Below are positions 34,863 to 47,902 of a stretch of 64,000 nt of DNA, in pieces; positions within the stretch are counted from its first letter, which is position 1, and the number at the start of each line of letters is the position of its first letter. The position numbers were made by a program, and so were the translations under genes. Below the pieces are notes generated by a model, which was not told the DNA's origin, did not search any database, and saw only the letters and a program-made list of their open reading frames with translations. Origin of the DNA: Felis catus (lineage: Eukaryota); NCBI RefSeq assembly GCF_018350175.1, contig NC_058368.1:166348001-166412000 (forward strand), in the 5' to 3' direction.

Positions 34863-36233
34863 ATGTATCTAAGTATAAATATTAAAAGAAATGAAATTTT
34901 AGATTACTAATGATGAAAACTTAAATGCTGTGGTAGCCTATTAGAGAATAAAATGTTGATAAATGGAACCTAGTACAATGCTTGAATCACAATTCATATT
35001 CTGTTTAAGTAAGCATTTAGATTAACCCACTGATTAGTTATCGGTGAAAACCATGTGGAGTTTTCAGATAACAAACTAGAAGGCAATGCACACTAAACGT
35101 ATACTTTTTATTAAACAAGAATTTATGTTATACCTTAAGGAAGAGGCATTAGTAGAGAGTTAGTAACATTGTGTTTAGCTACTTTTTAAGATTTTTTTTT
35201 CTAATTATCCAGGAACATTGTTCTTTCTCCATTCATGTAATTTTTTATTTGTAGACTAAAAAGGATAATTTTATTCATATAAAAACTTTAGACTTTTCTT
35301 GGCAATAGACTGTTTTCATATGAAACCACAATAAATATTTTAGGAAAGAAATTAAAGACATATAGAAACAAGGCACATGTTGAATTAAGAGACACACTAT
35401 CCTACTTTATAACTGTTATGCTAAATACTCTCTGTAGTGGTGAAATTTACCAAAGCATGGCAGATTTGAAGAACAATTATTCATAGTCACAATCATAAAT
35501 GACAGCAATCATGAAACTATCCTTAAAATACCATCTTTAAACAAAAATAATTAGGTAATAATAAAAATATGGCCTCCAACAAAATGTTAAAAAATAGACT
35601 CAACCTCTTTTAAGTATACTAGGAAATATATATGTATACCAGGAAATTTTTATTAGAACCTTATTTGGCATTCCTTTTTCCTTCTATTAATTAGGAGACT
35701 GTTTATATGTGTATAAGGCGAAATTCTTCTTTTAGGTTTATTATGTATGAGAACATACCAGGAACATAAAGAACTACTCAAAACAATGTAAAGAAGGATC
35801 TATATGATCTAAATCCAAAATTGGAGAGTTTAAAAGATGACTCTTCTATATGAAAAGAAATTCAAATGTTTATACCCTTTGTTTAAAAAAATCCCTATCT
35901 TCAGATCTAAGCAGTTGAAAGAGGAGAGAAATTTAGATCCAGGTTCTAAATCTAGTTGGTATTTATAAACTTCTGAATATAAAATAAAGTTACTAACACA
36001 GTGTTACTGATGAACTCCTCCTAAGGTGGCCCTCAATAGAAATTTCAGTGAAGGGGTACTCAAATGGCTATAAATGAGAGATTTTTGAAATTCAGTTAAT
36101 AATAACAATTGCTATTACTCATTGAACTTTAACGAATATATCTGAAAGTATAATCTGTAGGTACTAACATTTTACAGATTAGAAAATGATACCTAATTTG
36201 GGTAGCTGGACTGCTATCACAAAATTAGAGATA

Positions 36234-36455
36234 GGGGAGCCTGGGTGGCTCAGTCAGTTAAGCATCCGACCTCAGCTCAGGTCATGATCTCACAGTCTGT
36301 GAGTTCGAGCCCTGCATCGGGCTCTGGGTGACAGCTCGGAGCCTGGAGCCTGCTTCGGATTCTGTGTCTCCTTCTCTCTCTGCCTCTCCCCAACATGTGC
36401 TCTGTCTCTCTATGTCTCTCAAAAAATAAGTAATGTAAAAAAAATTTTTTTTTTA
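36234..36455 (+). mobile_element. Felid SINEC inserted in a MIR-like remnant
   Basis: ggggagcctgggtggctcag head; TSD aaaatt(a/g)gagata at 36221-36233 and 36456-36468. Confidence 0.96.
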
Positions 36456-36964
36456 AAAATTGGAGATAGATCCAGGTATAGAACTTTGGACTGTCTGATA
36501 TCAGCATTGGTATCCATAGTGCTACTTTTCAGCTCTTGAATTTTTTTCTATAGCACTTGGATTGAATAAACTTTTAGTTGTTTCTGATGGAGAGTGCATT
36601 TTCTACATGCATAGGCACACCCCAAATCCTTTAATGCAATTAAGGAACTGCCTAGGGCATTGTGGCATGAATGAAATATTATCCTTTTCCTTGATGACCT
36701 AATACAATAACTTTTTTGAGAGGCTACTATGTTTCATTGTATTTATTTACACATATAGAAGTGGGAAGTGCTGAACTGATGATGCCTTGTACAATTTTAG
36801 ACAAAAGGTAACTTTTATACTGCTTCACTTATGACAAGTAGTTATTTCCCTGGAAGAGATATTGAGAGATTCAAGAAACTTGTCAGTGTAGCAAGATTTT
36901 GGAACTTGTCAGTGTAGACCCAGGAAATAAACTGCAAAAACCTTGGCAACATAAAATAATATAA

Positions 36965-37330
36965 TGGTGACTACAGTTTGGACTTTTGTCTAAAGAAGTT
37001 GGGAGACATTGTAATATCAAAGCAAAGGCTTAACTTGTTGGGATCTGTATTGTAGCAAAATGACCTTGGAGCTGTGTGTGAAGTTTGGTGTGAAACGAGG
37101 GTAAACCAGAGTTAGAAGACAGAATGTAGACACTATTTCAGTGGTTCAGAACAGAAATAATGAGGGCCTGAATGTTAGAATGAATAAGAAGAAAGGTTTT
37201 GATCGATGCAAATAAGGGCTACCATTGAGAGAGCTTCATGAATCACTGGTTGGGAGAGGAGGGACAGAATTTAAAGAAGAAATGATTTGAAGTTTTCCAG
37301 CTTGAATAATTATTGGAACTAAAAGTATCA
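36965..37330 (-). mobile_element. L2 fragment
   Basis: agtttggacttttgtctaaag...aatgaccttggagctgtgtg...ctatttcagtggttcag..gaaataatgagggcctgaa. Confidence 0.65.
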
Positions 37331-37419
37331 GTGACTCAAAAGAACATCAAAGCACTCTGGGGAAAGTGAGTTTCCAAGAAGTGATTCTAGAAGCCCCTTT
37401 TTACTTTCTGAAGAGAGAA

Positions 37420-37565
37420 GGTGTATGTGTGTGTGTGTGTATTTTTATTTATATATGCTATATATAGATATATAATGCTACATATATATAATGCTATATA
37501 TATGCTATATATATATATATATATTATGCTACCTATTTCTATATGTATATCTATATACTAATATG
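37420..37565. repeat. (TG)n/(TA)n compound repeat
   Basis: Visible dinucleotide runs. Confidence 0.9.
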
Positions 37566-38434
37566 ATGTTACGGTATTTTGTCATGAAGAAAGACTAAAG
37601 TACTATTATGGAGTTGTTTTGTTTTGTTTCTTTTCTTTCTGTCCTCTTGTCTCTGAAGATTTTCTGTATTCTGTTTCCCAACACTAACCTAGTTAGTTTT
37701 ATTTACTGAACGGTAAATGAAGAGGACTCACCTAAAGGTTTTTGGTTTTGTTTTGCTTTGCTTTGTTTTGTTTTGTTGTTCTTCTGTTACTGCTAAATCC
37801 CATGTCAGGAAAGGACTTAAGATAGCACCAAATCTCGAACAGGTTCAATCAGTTTGAAATTGCTTAAGACTACATTCCAATATTGTTTGTCAGGCCAGAA
37901 TGGAAGTAAAATTTCCAGACCTCTAGGAACACACAGGAAGTAGAAAATGAATAAGGCTGATAGTTATTTAGTGGTTGTAAGAGATTGCTGTCTTTACTAG
38001 CTGCATTTTTAACATTTTTTTTAAATATCACATTTTTGAAGAAGAGCATTACCTTTGTATATCAGGACTAATCATTTCCACTAGCTTGATACCCTGACCA
38101 ATAAATTAAGAACTACGTTATGGCAGCAATGGCAAATGAAGAACTCAAACAATTACCTGGAGAATACAGCCACTGAACATAAAAACAAATAAAAAACTGT
38201 GATTATATACAACAAGATGCACTACCATCCTGATCCATCTCAAAAAGAATTTCCTGATCTATGTTTGGAAAAGAATTGCATTCTGTAACACGTTAATAAA
38301 AGTAAAGGAAAATAAATGCAAAGAAAGGAGGGAAGGAAGGAAGCAGCAGCAATCGCTACACAGATTCTAGCTAAAGTTTAAGTTATGGTGAAGGTAAAAT
38401 ATAGCATATACCTGTAAAATTCTTCTAACCTTTA

Positions 38435-38542
38435 TGTGCAATGGCAGTGTTGAATAGTTATGACAGAGACTTGTATAGCTCCAAAAAGCTAATATAGTGA
38501 CTATGTGGCTCTTTACAAAAAATGTTTGCAAACCTTTGATCT
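38435..38542. mobile_element. hAT-Charlie MER58-like fragment
   Basis: aatggcagtgttgaatagttatgacagagac...tggctctttacaaaaaatgtttgcaaacc. Confidence 0.75.
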
Positions 38543-40908
38543 AGTTAATGTTATCATGTTTTTTATTAGGTAATTAGGCATTATTATAAACTTGTTACAT
38601 TTATATGGTGGTTTATACATACACACACACGCGTGCGCTATTTAACGTGATAAGATGTAATTCTCTTATTTGTTTTTTGCTTACCTAATAATATCATATG
38701 ACCATATGTTTATAATTTCAGCAAGTAATTTATGTACAAAGTCATATTTGATCACATTTTTAATCCTAGTATGTTAGATTTCACAACCTTCCGGCATCAT
38801 CTCAAACTACTAGAATATTTAAACTGATTCATAGTCAAAGAACTTTGGCAAAAGACTGATCTATATTTCTCTGCCTACATACTGGATTCATTGACCAAAT
38901 GGTTCAATAATCCTGACTAGAAATAAATAGTGAATCACAGGCTGAAAGCTACCTTGAGAACAATTTAATATATTCTGAGAAGAAACTTCTTTAAGACAAT
39001 TTGACTCCATACTTGTACTTCTTTCTAGTACTGATATTTTGTTGTAAAGATTGTGGTACGGATACTATGTAATAATTACCTAAGATTTATATTAGAACAA
39101 GAAAAATACAGCATATAATTTTTTAAATAGGTATCTTGTTTTGCATCCTGTAATAGTTTGAAAAGAGGACTCTACTGAAAAACATTGAAGCAAAACTTAG
39201 TGTTAAAAGGAAATCTATTTCTGGCCAATTGACTTTTGAAATGATTTTATAGTGTTGAATATACTTTGAATGCCCTGTAATTTAACACCAGAAATTCATA
39301 AGTTAGTATGATATTCTCCAAATGAAAAATTAACTACTTTTTAAGATAAAAGTGTGATCAACCTGTGTGATTTTATCTCTGAGGAGAGTCTATGGGCTAC
39401 AAAATGTTCAAGGTGTTTGGGATATCAATGTACAATGATTGATGTATAAACAGTTCCTTCTCTCAGTGACTTTCCAATACAGTGCATGAGACAGAAATTA
39501 GACAAAAAAAGTAAAGGTAAAATAGTATAGTATAATAAAATATAAAAATAGTGTAATAAAATATTTAAAAATAAATTAGTATAGTATAATATAAGGAAAA
39601 GAAAAAAGACTAGGGTACAAGGATAATCACTGTTTTTATGATTTATAATTGGAAATAAATGAAGAAAATGTCCAAATGTAAGGATTAACGACACCAATTT
39701 ATAGTCTTACCAAGCGTAGGGAAGAAAAAATTGCCAGGTATGAATCTCACTCCCATGTCTTCTGAAGTGCCTAGGAGAAAATTGAATGGACAATTATTTA
39801 AATGTTGTTCTGTATGTGGGGTGAGCACTTTGGTGACTTATCCTTGAAGCAGCACCATGAGTCTCTAGATGAACAACAGCAATCCTGTCCAGCTCCCAAG
39901 GAAGGAATAAGGGATGAGGTGGGATTCAGAGTAGAATTAATCTTAGAGGTACTACAAAAAATTTATTAAAAAAATAAGGCAGGGAATGGGGAAGATGGCG
40001 GCATAGGAGGACGCTGGGCTCACCGCGCGTCCTGCTGATCACTTAGATTCCACCTACACCTGCCTAAATAACCCAGAAAACCGCCAGAGGATTAGCAGAA
40101 CGGAGTCGCCAGAACCAAGCGCAGACGAGAGGCCAATGGAAGAGGGTAGGAAGGGCGGCGAGGCGGTGCGCGCTTCACGGACTGGCGGGAGGGAGCCAGG
40201 GCGGAGGTGCGGCTCGCCGGCCAAGCAGAGCCCTGGAGTCTGGCTGGCAAAAGCGGAAGGGCCGGACGGAGTGTGTTCCGACAGCAAGCTCGACTTAGCT
40301 TCTGGGATGTCATAAATTAACAGCTCTGCTGGGAAAGCGGGAAGGCTAGAGGACAAAGGGAGGGAGAGTTGCTGAGCCCCAGACGACAGAGCTCAGCTTG
40401 GTGGTGAACAAAGGGGCTCACCAGCGCCATCTCCCTCGCCCATCCCCCAGCCAAAATCCCAAAGGGAAGCAGTTCCTGCCAGGGAACTTGCTCGCTCTCC
40501 GCAAACACCCAATTGTGTGCTTCTGCGGAGCCAAACCTCTGGCAGCGGATCTGACTCCCTCCCGCTGCCACAGGGCCCCTCCTGAAGTGGATCACCTAAG
40601 GAGAAGCAAGCTAAGCCTGCCCCTCCTGCCCCCGTGCACCTTGCCTACCCACCCCAGCTAATACGCCAGATCCCCAGCATCACAAGCCTGGCAGTGTGCA
40701 AGTAGCCCAGACGGGCCATGCTACCCCACAGTGAATCCCGCCCCTAGGTGAGGGGAAGAGAAGGCACACACCAGTCTGACTGTGGCCCCAGTGGTGGGCT
40801 GGAGGCAGACATCAGGTCGGACTGCGGCCCCGCCCACCAACTCCAGTTATACACCACAGCACAGGGGAAGTGCCCTGCAGGTCCTCACCACTCCAGGGAC
40901 TATCCAAA

Positions 40909-41802
40909 ATGACCAAACGGAAGAATTCCCCTCAGAAGAATCTCCAGGAAATAACAACAGCTAATGAGCTGATCAAAAAGGATTTAAATAATATAACAGA
41001 AAGTGAATTTAGAATAATAGTCATAAAATTAATCGCTGGGCTTGAAAACAGTATACAGGACAGCAGAGAATCTCTTGCTACAGAGATCAAGGCACTAAGG
41101 AACAGTCATGAGGAGCTGAAAAATGCTTTAAACGAAATGCATAACAAAATGGAAACCACGACAGCTCGGATTGAAGATGCAGAGGAGAGAATAGGTGAAC
41201 TAGAAGATAAAGTTATGGAAAAAGAGGAAGCTGAGAAAAAGAGAGAGAAAAAAATCCAGGAGTATGAGGGGAAAATTAGAGAACTAAGTGATACACTAAA
41301 AAGAAATAATATACGCATAATTGGTATCCCAGAGGAGGAAGAGAGAGGGAAAGGTGCTGAAGGGGTACTTGAAGAAATTATAGCTGAGAACTTCCCTGAT
41401 CTGGGGAAGGAAAAAGGCATTGAAATCCAAGAGGCACAGAGAACTCCCTTCAGACGTAACTTGAATCGATCTTCTGCACGACATATCATAGTGAAACTGG
41501 CAAATTACAAGGATAAAGAGAAAATTCTGAAAGCAGCAAGGGATAAACATGCCCTCACATATAAAGGGAGACCTATAAGACTCGTGACTGATCTCTCTTT
41601 TGAAACTTGGCAGGCCAGAAAGGATTGGCATGAGATTTTCAGTGTGCTAGACAGAAAAAATATGCAGCCGAGAATCCTTTATCCAGCAAGTCTGTCATTT
41701 AGAATAGAAGGAGAGATAAAGGTCTTCTCAAACAAACAAAAACTGAAGGAACTTGTCACCACTAAACCAGCCCTACAAGAGATCCTAAGAGGGTTCCTGT
41801 GA
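40909..41802 (+). CDS. L1 ORF1p (RNA-binding chaperone), intact, 297 aa
   Basis: Open frame from MTKRKNSPQK: coiled coil, NIRIIGIPE, RHIIVK, YPASLSF, KPALQEILRGFL*. Confidence 0.95.
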   Translation: MTKRKNSPQKNLQEITTANELIKKDLNNITESEFRIIVIKLIAGLENSIQDSRESLATEIKALRNSHEELKNALNEMHNKMETTTARIEDAEERIGELEDKVMEKEEAEKKREKKIQEYEGKIRELSDTLKRNNIRIIGIPEEEERGKGAEGVLEEIIAENFPDLGKEKGIEIQEAQRTPFRRNLNRSSARHIIVKLANYKDKEKILKAARDKHALTYKGRPIRLVTDLSFETWQARKDWHEIFSVLDRKNMQPRILYPASLSFRIEGEIKVFSNKQKLKELVTTKPALQEILRGFL

Positions 41803-41852
41803 GACAAAGTCCCAGAGACATCACTACAAGCATAAAACATACAGACATCACT

Positions 41853-44800
41853 ATGACTCTAAACCTGTATCTTTCTATAATAACACTGAATGTAAATGGA
41901 TTAAATGCGCCAACCAAAAGACATAGGGTATCAGAATAGATAAAAAAACAAGACCCATCTATTTGCTGTCTACAAGAGACTCATTTTAGACCTGAGGACA
42001 CCTTTAGATTGAGAGTGAGGGGATGGAGAACTATTTATCATGCTACTGGAAGCCAAAAGAAAGCTGGAGTAGCCATACTTATATCAGACAAACTAGACTT
42101 TAAATTAAAGGCTGTAACAGGAGACGAAGAAGGACATTATATAATAGTTACAGGGTCTATCCACCAGGAAGAGCTAACAATTATAAATGTTTATGCGCCG
42201 AATACCGAAGCCCCCAAATATATAAAACAATTACTCAAAAACATAAGCAACCTTATTAATTAGAATGTGGTAATTGCAGGGGACTTTAACACTCCACTTA
42301 CAGAAATGGATAGATCATCTAGACACATGTTCAATAAAGAAATAGGGCCCTGAATGAGACATTGGATCAGATGGACTTGACAGATATATTTAGAACTCTG
42401 CATCCCAAAGCAACAGATTATACTTTCTTCTCAAGTGCACATGGAACATTCTCCAAGATAGATCATATACTGGGTCACAAAACAGCCCTTCATAAGTTTA
42501 CAAGAATTGAAATTATACCATGCATACTTTCAGACCACAATGCTATGAAGCTTGAAATCAACCACAGGAAAAAGTCTGGAAAACCTCCAAAAGCATGGAG
42601 GTTAAAGAATACCCTACTAAAGAATGAGTGGGTCAACCAGGCAATTAGAGAAGAAATTAAAAAATACATGGAAACAAACGAAAATGAAAATACAACAATC
42701 CAGACGCTTTGGGATGCAGCGAAGTCAGTCCTGAGAAGAAAATACATTGCAATCCAGGCCTATCTCAAGAAACAAGAAAAATCCCAGATACAAAATCTAA
42801 CAGCATACCTAAAGGAACTAGAAGCAGAACAGCAAAGGCAGCCTAAACCCAGCAGAAGAAGAGAAATAATAAAGATCAGGGCAGAAATAAACAATATAGA
42901 ATCTAAAAAAAAAGGTAGAGCAGATCAATGAAACCAAGAGTTGGTTTTTTGAAAAAATAAACAAAATTGACAAACCTTTAGCCAGGCTTCTCAAAAAGAA
43001 AAGGGAGATGACCCAAATAGATTAAATCATGAATGAAAATGGAATGATTACAACCAATCCCTCAGAGATACAAACAATTATCAGGGAATACTATGAAAAA
43101 TTATATGCCAACAAATTGGACAACCTGGAAGAAATGGACAAATTCCTGAACACCCACACTCTTCCAAAACTCAATCAGGAGGAAATAGAAAGCTTGAACA
43201 GACCCATAACCAGCGAAGAAATTGAATTGGTTATCAAAAACCTCCCAACAAATAAGAGTCCAGGACCAGATGGCTTCCCAGGGGAGTTCTTCCAGACGTT
43301 TAAAGCAGAGATAATACCTATCCCTTCTCAAGCTATTCCAAGAAATAGAAAGGGAAGGAAAACTTCCAGACTCATTCTATGAAGCCAGTATTACTTTGAT
43401 TCCTAAACCAGACAGAGACCCAGTAAAAAAAGAGAACTACAGGCCAATATCCCTGATGAATATGGATGCAAAAATTCTCAATAAGATACTAGCAAATCGA
43501 ATTCAACAGCATATAAAAAGAATTATTCACCATGATCAAGTGGGATTCATTCCTGGGATGCAGGGCTGGTTCAACATTCGCAAATCAATCAACGTGATAC
43601 ATCACATGAATAAAAAAAAAAAAAAAAAGAGAAGAACCATATGATCCTGTCAATCGATGCAGAAAAGGCCTTTGACAAAATCCAGCACCCTTTCTTAATA
43701 AAAACCTTGAGAAAGTCGGGATAGAAGAAACATACTTACACATCATAAAAGCCATTTATGAAAAGCCCACAGCTAACATCATCCTCAATGGGGAAAAACT
43801 GAGAGCTTTTTCCCTGAGATCAGGAACACGATGGGGATGCCCACTCTCACCGCTGTTGTTTAACATAGTGCTGGAAGTTCTAGCATCAGCAATCAGACAA
43901 CAAAAGGAAATCAAAGGCATCAAAATTGGCCAAGATGAAGTCAAGCTTTCGCTTTTTGCAGATGACATGATATTATACATGGAAAATCCGATAGACTCCA
44001 CCAAAAATCTGCTAGAACTGATACATGAATTCAGCAAAGTTGCAGGATACAAAATCAATGTACAGAAATCAGTTGCATTCTTATACACTAACAATGAAGC
44101 AACAGAAAGACAAATAAAGAAACTGATCCCATTCACAATTGCACCAAGAAGCATAAAATACTTCTAACCAAATAAATAAATCTAACCAAAGATGTAAAAG
44201 ATCTCTATGCTGAAAACTATAGAAATCTTATGAAGGTAGTTGAAGAAGATATAAAGAAATGGAAAGACATTCTGTGCTCATGGATTGGAAGAATAAATAT
44301 TGTCAAAATGTCAATACTACCCAAAGCTATCTACATATTCAATGCAATCCCAATCAAAATTGCACCAGCATTCTTCTCGAAACTAGAACAAGCAATCCTA
44401 AAATTCATATGGAACCACAAAAGGCCCCGAATAGCCAAAGTAATTTTGAAGAAGATGACCAAAGCAGGAGGCATCACAATCCCAGACTTTAGCCTCTACT
44501 ACAAAGCGGTAATCATCAAGACAGCATGGTATTGGCACAAAAACAGACACATAGACCAATGGAATAGAATAGAAACCCCCAGAACTAGACCCACAAACAT
44601 ATGGCCAACTAATCTTTGACAAAGCAGGAAAGAACATCCCCAATGGAAAAAAGACAGTCTCTTTAACAGATGGTGCTGGGAGAACTGGACAGCAACATGC
44701 AGAAGGTTGAAACTAGACTACTTTCTCACACCATTCACAAAAATAAATTCAAAATGGATAAAGGACCTGAATGTGAAACAGGAAACCATCAAAACCCTAG

Positions 44801-45695
44801 AGGAGAAAGCGGGAAAAGACCTCTCTGACCTCAGCCGTAGCAATCTCCTACTTGACACATTCCAAAAGGCAAGGGAATTAAAAGTAAAAGTGAATTACTG
44901 GGACCTTATGAAGATAAAAAGCTTCTGCACAGCAAAGGAACAACCAACAAAACTAAAAGGCAACCAACGGAATGGGAAAAGATGTTTGCAAATGACATAT
45001 CGGACAAAGGGCTAGTATCCAAAATCTATAAAGAGCTCACCAAACTCCACACCCGAAAAACAAATAACCCAGTGAAGAAATGGGCAGAAAACATGAATAG
45101 ACACTTCTCTAAAGAAGACATCCGGATGGCCAACAGGCACATGAAAAGATGTTCAGCGTCGTTCCTTATTAGGGAAATACAAATCAAAACCACACTCAGA
45201 TATCACCTGACGCCAGTCAGAGTGGCCAAAATGAACAAATCAGGAGACTATAGATGCTGGAGAGGATGTGGAGAAACGGGAACCCTCTTGCACTGTTGGC
45301 GGGAATGCAAATTGCTGCAGCCGCTCTGGAAAGCAGTGTGGAGGTTCCTCAGAAAATTAAAAATAGACCTACCCTATGACCCAGCAATAGCACTGCTAGG
45401 AATTTACCCAAGGGATACAGGAGTGCTGATGCATAGGGCCACTTATACCCCAATGTTTATAGCAGCACTCTCAACAATAGCCAAACTATGGAAAGAGCCT
45501 AAATGTCCATCAACTGATGAATGGATAAAGAAATTGTGGTTTATATACACAATGGAATACTACGTGGCAATGAGAAAGAATGAAATATGGCCTTTTGTAG
45601 CAACGTGGATGGAACTGGAGAGTGTGATGCTAAGTGAAATAAGCCATACAGAGAAAGACAGATACCATATGGTTTCACTCTTATGTGGATCTTGA
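41853..45695 (+). pseudogene. L1 ORF2p (EN-RT-Cys), disrupted
   Basis: CCLQETH, SDHN, YRPISL, FADD (43955-43966), CWRGC..HCWREC; in-frame TAG at 41937 and 42261 plus several frameshifts. Confidence 0.97.
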
Positions 45696-46689
45696 GAAAC
45701 TTAACAGAAACCCATGGGGGAGGGAAGGGAAAAAAAAAGAGGTTAGAGTGGGAGAGAGCCAAAGCATAATAGACTCTTAAAAACTGGGAACAAACTGAGG
45801 GTTGATGGGGGGCGGGAGGGAGGGGAGGGTGGGTGATGGCACCTTTTGGTGATGGCACCTTTTGGGATGAACACTGGGTGTTGTATGGAAACCAATTTGA
45901 CAATAAATTTCATATATTGAAAAAAAAATAAAAGAAAAGAATAGGGCAGTGAGGTAACCCTCCAGAAACTATGTTTTTCCCAATATTTATGTGAGAGAGA
46001 AGCCAGAAATTTCCCCTTGATCACAATGAGAGTAAGTTATCTTTAATATATAAGAAACAGGTGTTAGTTTCCTAGATGCTTGTACTGTTATTAGAAAGCT
46101 ATCCAGGTAGCTTCTTGTTGGAGAAAGGACTACGATCAAATAATTTGGGGGGGGGGGATTGGAGGGTTTAGTTGAGAAAATATAAACCCTGGGTACAGGC
46201 AAAGAAAATGAACGTGTTTGAGATTTCTGCCTGTGACATAGTGGATTCCTGAGATAGTTCTAAAATAAAGCTTCAAATGACATGGCTAGCAAATGACATG
46301 GGAATGATGAGGCCTGGAAGGTCTGTAGTAGGGAGGAGCACAACTGCGGATAGGCAAAATATTCAGCTCAGCCTGGCATGTACCCTCCATATGAGCCATC
46401 ATTTTACCACCAGTACAACCATGCAGACCCTTGCTGGGATCCAATATCTTAATTTCCCCAGTAAGGGCATAAAACAGGCAACCGTACCCTAATTTTGTGC
46501 ATTGCATTTAAGCTGTCCATGCCAGGAACAACTGTGCAGCCAGCAATCTTCTCGGTTGATTCAGGAGGTAGATGTTTCTCATTCTCAAATTTTCTTTTTG
46601 TGTCAGTAACTGGGAATTCCAAAAAAATAAAAATTACAGTTATGATTGGGGAATATACATTGAAACAAGAAGAATGGATTATCAGTACA

Positions 46690-46722
46690 TGTGTGTGTGT
46701 ATGTATGTATGTATGTATGTAT
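46690..46722. repeat. (TG)n(TATG)n microsatellite
   Basis: Visible tandem units. Confidence 0.9.
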
Positions 46723-47454
46723 CTATTTTTCTCTCTGATCAGGATCTGGAGGTTGTAATAACTTTAAATTTATAATGTAAACTGGAAATTAACTACAAAA
46801 TTAATCAGTAGTCTTGTAGCACCCCCTCCATCAGCCTACTTAAAATTATCCTAAATGAACATGTAGTCCAAGTAAAACTGAACAAAAACAGCCTTAAAAC
46901 AAGTCTCCTCTTAAATATTTTTAAAACTCTAAAAAAACAACAAATTAAAACAAATCTCCTCCTCTCAACAATATCCTTGTCTCTATTTTCTTCCTCTAAA
47001 TAAATTTCAGAGAAGTCAATGAAATCAACAGAGAAATATAGAGACTGTGCAGATGGAGTGACTTTTAGAAGACAGACTGATATCTAAGCCTTTTAGATTT
47101 GACTAAATCTGCTTGAACATATGAAAATAAAAAAGGAAACATGTGAGCTGCTCTGGAAAGGAAATTAAGCTCTCAGTAGAATCTATACAAATAGAAGAGT
47201 TTTTCCCTTTTGTTTTGGTTTGTTTTACATATTAGGCTTCCATATAAGATCTTGATTTTAAGGAAGTGGTTTGTGGCTTTAAAAATGCATTTTCAAGGAT
47301 GTTTCTAATCTGGTTTGATGGAATGTCATTTTAAATTAGATGAACATGAATTAAGTAATACCTCCATCATTAGCTCTATGTCATCAAGCTTGCCCCTTGG
47401 TTTCTTTGGGTCTCAGTTCTAGTATTTGATAAACATTGATAAAAAATATATTTT

Positions 47455-47674
47455 AAAAATTTTTTAATGTTTATGTATTTTTGAGAGACAGAAAGAGAGA
47501 GACAGAGTGTGAATGGGGGAGGGGCAGAGAGAGAGGGAGACAGAGAATCTGATGCAGGCTCCAGGCTCTGAGCTGTCAACGCAGAGCCTTATGTGGGGCT
47601 CGAACTCATGAACTGCGAGATCATGACCTGAGCCAAAGTCGGACACTTAACTGACTGGTCCACCCAGGTGCCCC
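47455..47674 (-). mobile_element. SINEC
   Basis: T tail, GA tract, ...cacccaggtgcccc; degenerate TSD gataaa..atatttt. Confidence 0.95.
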
Positions 47675-47902
47675 AGGGATAAACATATTTTATGATATTC
47701 CAGAGTTGCTTTTATGATTAAATGAAAAGCATTTATGATCAAATGTATACAAGTATACAGACCATTTTATCCTCCTTTCCTTGCCTCTGTATTAGATCTT
47801 TTTCTAATATGAAATGTTCTTTCACTGATGTTTCTTAGACAAAAGCATATCACCAAGTCTTGGTAACAATTGTGATAAAACATTGTTTAGGTGAAAATTT
47901 TA

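Larger units (their letters stand above)
39983..45934 (+). mobile_element. Full-length young felid L1 (L1_Fc-like), ~5.95 kb
   Basis: CpG-rich 5'UTR ggggaagatggcggcataggaggacgc; ORF1; ORF2; G-rich 3'UTR; AATAAA and A tail; TSD aaaa(a/g)aata(a/g)ggcag at 39968-39982 and 45935-45949. Confidence 0.98.

Noticed and set aside
36877..36917. 15-bp direct repeat aacttgtcagtgtag with an 11-bp spacer
   Set aside because: Only two copies; an ordinary local duplication, not an array or CRISPR
39515..39600. Repeated tagtataata-like motifs
   Set aside because: Low-complexity AT-rich slippage with no defined unit
41106..44154. Antisense ORFs over L1 ORF1/ORF2
   Set aside because: Common by-product of A-rich L1 coding sequence
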